A DNA stretch of 64,000 nucleotides, taken from Chiloscyllium plagiosum (lineage: Eukaryota). Shown piece by piece: positions 53,701-64,000 of this stretch (within the stretch, counting starts at the first letter, position 1; every line of letters begins with the position of its first letter). Position numbers and translations under genes: made by a program. The DNA lies in NCBI RefSeq assembly GCF_004010195.1, contig NC_057714.1, positions 48,147,576 through 48,211,575 of the forward strand, given 5' to 3'. The notes under the pieces were generated by a model, which was not told the origin of the DNA, did not search any database, and saw only the letters and a program-made list of their open reading frames with translations.

Positions 53701-55949
53701 TGGCTTGTTTTGTACATCACCTTACTCCATCTAACATTAGTCTGATAATTCATGCGTAGACTTGTTTTTATACTTAAACAAAACTTTTTTTTTATTCTTA
53801 GCCTCTGCAGAGCTTCTCTTTGCATCTGTGTTTTTATTACTGCACTTCTTGTATTAACAAAGTAGTCTTGAAAGTGTCCTGATTTTCTGTGGTAACCCTG
53901 TCTTCTGAAATACTTTCTAAGTGTCTTTGTATACCTATCCCCAATATACTCAATGTTTTCTGAATATCTAGTTTCCAAAATGTAACATTTATTTAGCATT
54001 TCTCTCCTCAACTGTGAGACTTGACATTTGACTTGTACTCTCAGCTGATATCTTGATAAGTAAATAAAAGCTGTAGATTGCTAGGCACTAAGGAAAAATG
54101 TCTGTGTTCCCCTGGAGCTTGTCTATGATGGAATCTGACAGTGTTGTCAGTTGGCTGTCTTCCATGGATTTGGAAAATAAATTTTCAATCAGCTAAAGTT
54201 GGTTTTTTGTGCTGGATAATTTGGATTACTATTCAAAGTAAGGTGCAAAAAAATTATGCCCTTCATAAAGTGATGTACTATTTTAGCTTCATTTTTAGCA
54301 ATAATATAGTTTTATAGAAATAAACTCTAACTTGTTAAAATTGAATTGCAGCCCTGTGAAATTGCTGAACAGTAAATCATTTTGAGTGAGCCACTGAATT
54401 CTTTAATAGCTTAATCCTTTCAGAGAATGTACTGCCATCTCAATGTGTAAAATTAAGAGTCATCAAAAAAATGTATTTATTGGAGGTAGAAAGCAGAAAA
54501 GGAGACAGGTCCTGGTTAGTTAACGTAGATCACAAAGATAAAAAGTTTCAGTTGAAGGCTGCAAAGCATTGAAATTAATCCACGTTTTGCACCTATGTAA
54601 TGTAATGAATTAGCAGAAGTTGAGGTTGGAGCATTCTGATACCATCAGATCAACGTTTTTGCTAAGTTGTCCACACTTTTATCATTTAAATACAAACATG
54701 AGTTAGGAGCGGGATTATTCTTTTGAGTTTTCTCTGCCATTTAATAAGATCATGGTTGATCTGATTGCAATCTCAAATCCAGATTCCTGCCTAAGTCTGA
54801 TCATTTTTCACACCTTGCTTAACAAAATATATATCTACCTCTGCCTTAAAAATATTCAAGGACGTTGCTTCCACCACTTTTCTGGAATACTGTCAACCCT
54901 CAGAATTTTGCCTCATCTCTGTTTAAATGAGCTATCTCTGACTTTTAAACAGTCACCTAGTTCTAGATGCTCCCAAAAGAGGAAGCATCCTCTCCTCATT
55001 TACCCTGTCAAGACCCTTCAGGTTCTTTTGTATTTCAATCAGTTGCCACTGCTTTCTTTCTACTTTTGAATTGAAATTTAAAACTAAGACGCTCTTGCAT
55101 TCTTTGAGTAAATGTGGAATTTTGATTCATGCAAAAGTGAAACGGTATTGCTTTAATTCTGATCCAGAATGTATGTATTTTTATTCTGGCATTGTAATGT
55201 TGGACGAGAAAGCTATTTTCATTCATCCTGATTTACTATTTTGTTTTACTAAATAAGTGTTTTGGATCTGCCTTCTGCTGTGCCTTCTCTTAACAGTTGA
55301 TGAGTGCTATTAACTTCGCAATATCATGGATGATATTCTGGGCATGGTCGTGGTTCTAATGCCATGGTCGTAACTCATACTGAAGCATTGCATTGTAGAT
55401 GTAACTAGTGGTGGTTGAAGGATGTAGTTGGCTGAAAAACAGGCTTTGGTTTTTTCCTAGCCAATGAAGAGCCATGTTTGCTAATAATTTTTCTCAATCT
55501 AGACTAGATTGTGTAACAGGATGTTAAAAAAGTGCTCTTTTTTGAAGAGAAATTGGATAAAGGAACAAAAAGGCTGAGAAAGTGGAAATAGTATTTATAT
55601 TTTAAGCATTTATTTACATAACGTCCAGTTAATATAGTTCTAAAATTATTCCTGGAAAGCAAGTTAAGAAATTGTGATCCCATCAGGTGTCTGGTAGTTA
55701 AATTGTTGCGGTTCTTACAGTTTCTTCTGTGTACAATATAAACATGAGTTTGAAAATTGAATGGTTTTTACAGTGCAGAAAAGGCTCAACTCCCTTGAGA
55801 TTCAGATGATAAATCAGAAACCTAATTCCATTTTTTGTTATGTAGAACCATTATGAATGATTTGGTTGTCTTCATTAGTTGCAACCATTAAATAAAGAAA
55901 ACAATGTTATATTATCATTTGTAAAAACTTTGTTTTCTGTTATTTTCAG

Positions 55950-56022
55950 GCAATGTGGTTTAATACATCAGCTCATAGCGAAATAGTAAATCTTGATAGT
56001 GGAAATATTGATGAAATCTTAG
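55950..56022 (+). CDS. ERP44: ERP44 coding exon 2 (AMWFNTSAHSEIVNLDSGNIDEIL-G)
   Basis: Acceptor ttttctgttattttcag, donor AG|GTAAGT, 73 nt; EIVNLDSGNIDEIL resembles the mature ERp44 N-terminus (human EITSLDTENIDEIL). Confidence 0.93.
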
Positions 56023-56999
56023 GTAAGTGCTCCTACAGAATTTTATGCAAATTTTTTTCATGAGACTGGGAATGGACTTGGTTTGTATGGACTCTTAGAA
56101 TGTAATCTAGTCAGGACTATATCATATTTGAAAAAGAAAAGAAATGCAAGACTATGGAAAAGTGCTGAGGGATTAGATTAAATGTGTTACATATCATTCA
56201 GGAAAATGAAGTGAATAGTTTGTTTTGGTATTGTAGGCTTCTGTGGAATTATAAAAGGTGCAATCATGTAGACTGAACAGCGAGACATCCAACTACTTCA
56301 GTTTGGATGGTACACAACCCTTTCCAGTATTATGATGATTCATTTTCAGTTGGCAGTCTTCTGACTATCGCTATCCTTCATTTTCAGCTCCTTTTTACAA
56401 AAAGCTTGTAAGGTGTTCAAATATCTGCTAGACTAATGGTCAACAGTTTACAGTGGTGATAATGATTCAAGCTTCGAGAGACGTATCTTTGAATTCCATA
56501 CTATGTTCCATCTTAATTAACATTCAACATTCCCAGTTTTTGTCTTACTGCACCTAGTTTTAATAATTTAAGAGCTATTTGCAATTACTAATACATGAAC
56601 CAGAACTTCTCTGGTTAGTTAAATCAAAGCTTGAACTGTACAGTGAAATCAGAGCACCACTATTTAAAAATCTGAATTTTTCTTCTATTGTAATTGTTTA
56701 AAATGCCTGTGAAATGAAAGTCAATGATTATTATTTTGTGAGTTCATTGCTATATTGTACTACCAGGTAAGAAATTTTACATACGCTTTATTCAAAAAGA
56801 TGGTTATCACATGAAAGCTACAATTTAGATTAATAATTTTCCATATGTTGTAGGAATTATATTACTGGGCGTGGAATTTAATGAACACTGGTGAGCTGGC
56901 CCCACTTCCATTGCAATTCAGGGTCCCTTTCCCCAGGAGCAGGGACCACCATTACTGCTGCAGGATCATCACTGAAGCCTGGAATGAGCAGTAGGGATG

Positions 57000-59280
57000 G
57001 CCTCATCAAAACGAGTCAATAAATCCCTGGTGGGAAGAGGATTGAGTTTTAAGAGCAGATAAAGATCTTCAAGAATGGAGGGAGATAGAAAGAAGGAAAC
57101 TATAAACCAATTAGTCTGACATCTGTCATTGGAGTAAAACAACCGCTACAATCCATTGTTAAGAAAGTAGGAGCAGAACACTTGAAAAGTCATAAAGAAT
57201 GAATTGTGTTTGTGAAAGGGAAATGGTGTTTTTCAACTTTGAGAGCTCTCTTTATGAATGTAACAAGCAGGGTGAATAAAGGGTACAAGTAGATGTAATG
57301 TATTTAGATTTCCTTATGTTGCACCTTATAAAAGTGCAACATAAGGTTAATTGTATTAACTAAGAGCTCGAGTTATCAAAAGTGATGTGTTAGCATGCTT
57401 CAAGGAGTGGGGCAACTGACAAGAAACAAATGGAGCAAATGGATAATATTTAGGTTGGTAAACTGTAACCAATGAAGATCTCACCCTAGTGCTAGAATCT
57501 CATGTATTCATTATGCCTTAGAATGACTTAAATAAAAGGACCAAATATATTGTAGCCAATTTTGTTACTGATACAAAGGTGGGAGGGAAGCAATCTGTGA
57601 AGAAGTTGTAGAGTTTGCAGAGAGATTTAGGTGGGCAAAGAATTGGCAAATGGGGTATGTGGGAAATTTGAGATGGAGATTTGGGTAAGAAGAATAAACA
57701 AGCAAAATATTATTTGGGTGAAGAGGGACTGCCGAATGTTCATTACAGATAGATTTAGGTACGTGATTTAAAAGAAAATCACCAGGCATGTCCAGCAAGT
57801 AATTGCAAAGAAAAAGTTACAAAGAACAGTACAGCACAGGAACAAGCCCTTCAGCCCACCCAGACTACGCCAACACATAATGGCTTTCCAAACTAAAAAC
57901 CTCTCGCCTCTACATGGCTCATATCCCTCTATTCCCTACCTACTCACATCTGTCAAGATGCCTCTTAAATGTTACTGTTGTATCTACCTCCATCACCAGC
58001 TCTGGTAGTGCATTCTGGCACTTATCACCCTCTGTGTAAAAATTTGCCTCTCACACGTCTTTTAAACTCACCCACTTTTACCTTAAACCTATGCCCCAAC
58101 TAATTAATATTGCTACACTGGGAAAAGATTTCTGACTATCCATTTTAACCATTCCTGTCATACATTTGTCAACTTCTATCTGGTAGCCCCTCATTCTCCA
58201 ACATTCAAATGAAAATAAATCAAGTTTGTCCAATCTTTCAACATAGCCAATACTATCTAAACCAGGCAACATTGTGATAAACTATTGCTGTATCGTCTCC
58301 AAAGCCTTCACATCCTTTTTGTAGTGTGGCAACTGGAACTGTACACAATTTTACAAATGTGGCCTAATTAAAGTTCTATACAGCTGCAACATGACTTGTC
58401 AATTTTTATACTCTGCCCTGACCAATAAAGGCCATGCTATATGCCTTCTTGACTGCCTCATCCACTTGTGTTGCCACTTTGCACTTGTGGACCTGTATGC
58501 CTAGATCGCTCTGTATGTTGATGTTGTTAAGGGTTCTGTCATTTATTGTACTCTTCCCTCCTGCATTTGATATTCCAGAGTACATCACATTTGTCTGGAT
58601 TAAACTCCATTCTCCATTTCTCTGCCAAAATCTCCAACCTATGTCCTACTGTATCCTCTGGCAGTAGTCCTCACTACCTGCAGCTTCCCCAATCTTTGTA
58701 TTGTCTGCAAATTTACTAATCAGACCACTATGTTCTCCTCCAAATCATTTGCAAACGACAGGGGTCCTACCACCGATCCCTACGGAACTCTACTGGTCAC
58801 AGATGTCCAGTCAGAAAAACACTCTTCCACCACTACTGTCCTCTATGACTAAGCCAGTTCTGTATCCGTAAGAACATCAGAAATAGGAGCAGGAGTAGGC
58901 CATTTCCACACTGTAAGTAATTAATCTAATCTGGCTCCATTTAGTAAGATCTTGCCAGCTCATCAGAGATCACATGTGACTTTACCTTTTGCATCTGCTT
59001 GATATGAGGGATGTTGCGTAGCCTTTACTGCTGATGTGATCAGCTTGATATACATGCCATCTACAACATTCTCAGCCTCATGGTTGCTCCATAGTGGGTC
59101 CATCTGCAGCTCCAGACAGTCCATGTGGTAAATCAGGAGCTGATTTAGGAAGGCAAATGGAGTGCTGGTCTTTATTGAAAGGGGTTGGCATAGAAAAGCC
59201 AGCACATCTTGCTGCAGCTGTAACAGGCACTGGTGAGACAGTATCTGCTGTACTATGCACAGTGATTGGTCTCCTTAGTT
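57000..59280. mobile_element. Cluster of nested CR1 LINE fragments (+ 57000-57810, - 57815-58870, + ~59150-59280)
   Basis: NYKPISLTSV..., DVMYLDF (plus); MLPGLDSIGYVERLDKLDLFS (minus); SDLGIQVH (minus). Confidence 0.75.
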
Positions 59281-59786
59281 AAGGAACCGTCCTGCCACCC
59301 AAAAAGCCTTGGGCATACTTGCCAGGGTTCATCTGGTGGGTTACACTCAAATACAGTCCCTACTCATCATTGTTTGAATATTAGTGCTGACAGAATGAAC
59401 CACTTAAATGGATTTTAAGTAATCACTACGGGTCTCATTGGCTTTCAGGTGAGAAGATAGTCCTTCATTCTTCATAGACCTTACTGCCCTGTATTACATT
59501 GCACCCTCCCCATTTCAATATCCCACACATCTCCCCCAACTACCGTTTTGCAGCCTGCATCTGGAGGAGCATTAAATTCCACCCTCTGTGTTTTTACTTA
59601 CAAACATAGAATTTGTAATATCTGTGTTCGTGCGGTATTGTAGCAATGTCTTTTTAGCTAATGATCAGAATTTTAAGTGTTGTGGAAAGTACTGTTCAAA
59701 AGTTAAGTCCTTATAACCTTTTTTATATCTCTCTCTCTCTCTCTCTCCCCGTCCCCACCCCCACTCCACTTCTCCCCCGACCCCAG

Positions 59787-59826
59787 GCAATGCAGATGTT
59801 GCACTAGTCAATTTTTATGCAGATTG
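59787..59826 (+). CDS. ERP44: ERP44 coding exon 3 (GNADVALVNFYAD-W, start of thioredoxin a domain, just before the CRFS motif)
   Basis: Pyrimidine-rich acceptor ...ccccag, donor TG|GTAAGT, 40 nt with phases compatible with exon 2; NADVALVNFYADW matches ERp44. Confidence 0.95.
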
Positions 59827-62714
59827 GTAAGTGAAACATAGATAATGTGTGGTTTGAAGATTGATTTCCATATTACCTTTCAGGGTGTGGTGACACTGGC
59901 AAGGCAGTATTTATTGACCATTCCTAGCAGCTGTATACTGGTAAGCTTTCTGCAAGTGCTGTAGCTTTCGTAATATTGTTCCCACCATGTTCTTACATGG
60001 TAAATTCCAGGATTTTGATGTGATGAGGATGACTAAAAAGAAATATGTGACTTTATGATGGCACTTAAGCAGTGGTGCTCTTGTTCTTGATAGTAGAGAT
60101 CATAAACAGAAATATATTTGGCATGTTGCACTGGCAGACTGATGTTTGAGGGTGTCAGTAATTGATTCCATAGGAGGGACATTTATCAGAGTAATTGCTC
60201 TGTCCATTGTTGTATTGACTACAATGGTTTGTAAGTTTAAATCAACTTGACAGTATTTATACTGGGAGCTTACTTGCTTTCTTGGGTATATTATGGACTG
60301 CTGATAGATGCAAAGAAAACTGATCATGTGTATTGTAAATAGCTGATAGGAACATGTGTTAACTGTTACAGTTGTAAAGGATTGATAATCTTAGAAATGC
60401 ATTTTGACAGGAAACATATCTGTACTGAGAGAAGAGAGAATTGATAGGGTGTTCATATTTCCTTTGTGAGGCAGTATGTTACTGCTTCAAGAACCAGTGG
60501 AGTCCTTATTTGACCTGAGGCTGAGTAATTCAGAGAGGAAGCTAAAAATGTGGGATAATGCTTGGGGTGGGGGGGGGGGAAACGTCAAGCACATAATTAT
60601 GATCAGTGTAAGAGCAGAACAAGCTACTTTTTAAAACAAAATGTATTTGACTGACGAGTAACCGCGAATGAGAGAATCATCCAGAGTAAATGGATATTTA
60701 GTACTTAAATAGGAAAGGAAAAGGATACAGTTCTAGTACATTTCAGTAAGGAAGGGAGGGCTACATTTTGAAGTTGGAAAAATAAATTTATGTTAGTGGA
60801 TCTTTTTCATGTCTCAGTGTATCATTTAAGAGCAAATGAAGTGCTGTTGAGTTTTATTCCTATTCTAATGTAAGAAAAAACAGCAGAGATTGCATGCTAT
60901 AGTTTCAGCTCTTAATTGAGAGAAGAATATTGGTCAAGACACTAAGAATTCCCTTGTTCTTCGCATGCTGCTGTTGGATTTTTAAATATCCATTGGAAAG
61001 AGCAGAGATGGCCGCAGTTTACTGGGTCTTGGAAAGAAAGCAGTCCTGTTGACGTAGCACTCTTTCAATACTATACTGAAGCATTAAACTAGATTTTATA
61101 TTCCAATCGTGGAACAAGCCTTGAACCCATAGCCATCTGACTCAGGTGATAGTGCCACCTCTCAACCAATGCTAACACTGTGATTAGATAAATGATGTTT
61201 GATCAAATTTGAAAATTTACAAAACAATATCAATAAATGGGACAGATAAAAGACAGGGAAAAAAAAATTGAAGTTTATATAGAAAAGTTCCTTAAAAGAT
61301 TTGAAAAAAGGAAGACAATAAATAAGGAAGGTGTATTACTAGATTTTGTCAATCTAAGGGCTACAAATAGTTAAAACAAGAAATTCTAAATACTTGCTTT
61401 TCACATTATTTTTCAAAGAGAAATAGCATTGGAGAAGTTATGGGCAATGACCAAATAGCAGTTGCTTATGTCAGATGATGGAAGCTCAGGAAGAAGTAGT
61501 AGAAGCATTGACAATAAGTTTCCAACCGAAGGATAGCAGATTATAATAGTTCCTTTTCAACAAAGCACAGAGCATGTTACTTTATCTTTGGTAAACTATT
61601 GGAGTTTTTTGTATGGAATGCAGTTTCTAAATACTGAGAGAAGAGAGTTAACCATGTTTAGTCAGTATGGATTTCAGATTTCAAAACCAAGAGCTGAGGA
61701 GACTCCTGCAGTCTGGCAATATCTTTTGGAGAGAGAAAGGCTTGAGTTCATGTTTTGAGTTCTATATGATTTTTTTCAAAACTTCACACTTGACCTACCT
61801 TATAGAATTGTTCAATAGAGGATATAGATTATCTGTCATTTTATCTGGAGTTTCAGAAGCTAATTTGATATGATGCATGTGAAAGACTCTTGGCTAAAAT
61901 GATGGCAAGTAGAGTTAGAGAAATGTAACCTGATGGGTAGAGGGATAGTTGGAGGGGACTAAGCAAATTGAGGTAAAACCAAGTTTCTCAAAGTGGTAAG
62001 ATGTGGTATGTATACTACTTTTTGAGCTAACTTAGATCAATTCTGTGAATGGTTTGAATTTCAAATTTAAGGGAACAATGTTGAAATTTACCAATTATGT
62101 GAAATTGTGCATGTTGAATTATGGTGACAATAGTGAAAAACACAGGAAAACAAGAGTTAGCAGGTGAGGGAAATGGGGTGTTGTTCAGAATACAAGAATG
62201 TAGTGTTGAACACATTTGAAGTAAGAAAATAAATATTTTCAGATTTTAAATAAAGAAATTTATACAATTTATTAAGAAATTTCATGAGCAATCAAATACT
62301 GAAAAACTATTTAAATTGTATTGCATGTACCAGCTAAAATAAGCCCCCTCAAGTAAACGATATAAGCCTCAAAGTCCAATTTAACTATGACCCAATTAGT
62401 GGTGGAATTTCGATCAACAGCCTTTGTCTCTAGGTATGTCCAGGGCTGAATTCTTGTGCAGTATGGTTATCTAGAGTTGCACTGCTGAAACATTCCAAAG
62501 TTGAATTCATATAAGATTTCCTGTCTTAAGCTCATAGTGGGACATTATTTATGACACTTCTGAAGTCACCAAATCTGTATCTTGCTTTCTTATCAGGAGT
62601 AGCTTCTCTGTTTCCTGTTATATTCAGTGTAAGCTAGCTGTTCAAAATGCATTCTGGATCAGTGATGCTGGAAGAGCACAGCAATTCAGGCAGCATCCGA
62701 GGACAGGCAAAATC

Positions 62715-62742
62715 GACGTTTCGGGCAAAAGCCCTTCATCAG
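62715..62742 (-). ncRNA. Minimal hammerhead ribozyme core
   Basis: CUGAUGA, perfect helix II GGGC-UUUU-GCCC, GAAAC and GUC cleavage triplet; helix I is weak. Confidence 0.65.
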
Positions 62743-62912
62743 GAATAAAGGCAGAGAGCCTGAAGCGTGGAGAGATAAGCTAGAGGAGAGTGGGGGTGGG
62801 GAGAGAGTGGCATAGAGTACAATAGGCCAGTGGGGAAGAAGATGAAGGTGATAGGTCAGGGAGGAGAGGGGGGAGTGGATAGGTGGAAAAGGAGCTGGGC
62901 AGGTCCGACAAG

Positions 62913-63559
62913 NNNNNNNNNNNNNNNNNNNNNNNNNNNNNNNNNNNNNNNNNNNNNNNNNNNNNNNNNNNNNNNNNNNNNNNNNNNNNNNNNNNNNNNN
63001 NNNNNNNNNNNNNNNNNNNNNNNNNNNNNNNNNNNNNNNNNNNNNNNNNNNNNNNNNNNNNNNNNNNNNNNNNNNNNNNNNNNNNNNNNNNNNNNNNNNN
63101 NNNNNNNNNNNNNNNNNNNNNNNNNNNNNNNNNNNNNNNNNNNNNNNNNNNNNNNNNNNNNNNNNNNNNNNNNNNNNNNNNNNNNNNNNNNNNNNNNNNN
63201 NNNNNNNNNNNNNNNNNNNNNNNNNNNNNNNNNNNNNNNNNNNNNNNNNNNNNNNNNNNNNNNNNNNNNNNNNNNNNNNNNNNNNNNNNNNNNNNNNNNN
63301 NNNNNNNNNNNNNNNNNNNNNNNNNNNNNNNNNNNNNNNNNNNNNNNNNNNNNNNNNNNNNNNNNNNNNNNNNNNNNNNNNNNNNNNNNNNNNNNNNNNN
63401 NNNNNNNNNNNNNNNNNNNNNNNNNNNNNNNNNNNNNNNNNNNNNNNNNNNNNNNNNNNNNNNNNNNNNNNNNNNNNNNNNNNNNNNNNNNNNNNNNNNN
63501 NNNNNNNNNNNNNNNNNNNNNNNNNNNNNNNNNNNNNNNNNNNNNNNNNNNNNNNNNNN
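62913..63559. other. Assembly gap (647 N)
   Basis: Run of N. Confidence 1.
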
Positions 63560-64000
63560 CTCCTCCTGGGAGCAGATACGGCGTAGGCGGAGGAATTGGG
63601 AATACGGGATGGCATTTTTGCAAGAGGTAGGGTGGGAAGAGGTGTAATCCAGGTAGCTGTGGGAGTCGGTGGGTTTGTAGGAGATGTCAGTGTCAAGTCG
63701 GTCGTCACTGATGGAAATGGAGAGGTCCAGGAAGGGGAGGGAGGTGTCAGAGATGGTCCAGGTAAATTTAAGGTCAGGGTGGAATGTGTTAATGCAGCCT
63801 ATCTTGCCATTAACTCTTTCACCTCAGCACATTCCTTACATAGGCGATCTTAATTGTCCATTTTGTCACAAGGTGGCTCATTACCAAGCAGATCTTAAAA
63901 TAGTTGGTGGTTTTCCTCCATTTCCCTGGGTATGATTAATTGGTAAATTGCTTTTAATTTATAACAGTTTGGCTGTGACCTTTTATCTCCAGAAAACAGT

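Larger units (their letters stand above)
62657..63790 (-). mobile_element. Penelope (Neptune-type) element spanning the assembly gap: RT thumb region plus pLTR with hammerhead
   Basis: Minus strand 63790-63560 translates without stops as NTFHPDLKFTWTISDTSLPFLDLSISIS...YKPTDSHSYLDYTSSHPTSCKNAIPYSQFLRLRRICSQE (PLE RT C-terminus); pLTR with CTGATGA-AGGGCTTTTGCCC-GAAAC-GTC at 62715-62742. That both flanks belong to one copy is inferred. Confidence 0.85.

Noticed and set aside
32765-56775. Isolated + strand donor-like sites (32772 GTAAGT, 54238 GTAAGG, 56767 GTAAGA)
   Set aside because: No matching in-frame exon; exons 1-3 already join into a continuous ERp44 sequence.
62686-63708. Long ORFs of 254-340 aa in the ORF track
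   Set aside because: Artefacts of translating through the N gap.
59827-64000. ERP44 exon 4 (CRFS active-site exon)
   Set aside because: No CRFSQML-like sequence found; it presumably lies beyond the window.

Overview
Eukaryotic (vertebrate) genomic DNA, AT-rich and CpG-depleted. The repeat content (HE1/V-SINE-type SINEs, HER1/CR1 LINEs, abundant Penelope-like elements) points to a cartilaginous fish, most likely a shark. The one securely supported gene is the 5' part of ERP44 on the + strand: three small coding exons (29035-29097, 55950-56022, 59787-59826) encoding the signal peptide and the start of the first thioredoxin domain (...ALVNFYADW). They sit behind a CpG-rich promoter (~28670-29500) with a ZNF143/SBS motif, ETS sites and a GC box, typical of bidirectional promoters. 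Minus-strand splice signals suggest non-coding 5' exons of a divergent transcript; in human the head-to-head partner of ERP44 is INVS, but I found no INVS coding exon here. The rest is mostly decayed and nested transposable elements: CR1/L2, Rex1, RTE, Penelope, SINEs, solo LTRs, a Gypsy gag scrap, a Tigger remnant and MITEs. The most notable signal is more than 10 minimal hammerhead-ribozyme-like cores (CTGANGA...GAAA) in Penelope-derived repeats, many in fold-back arrangements. There is a 647-nt N gap at 62913-63559. Repeat boundaries are read by eye and approximate.
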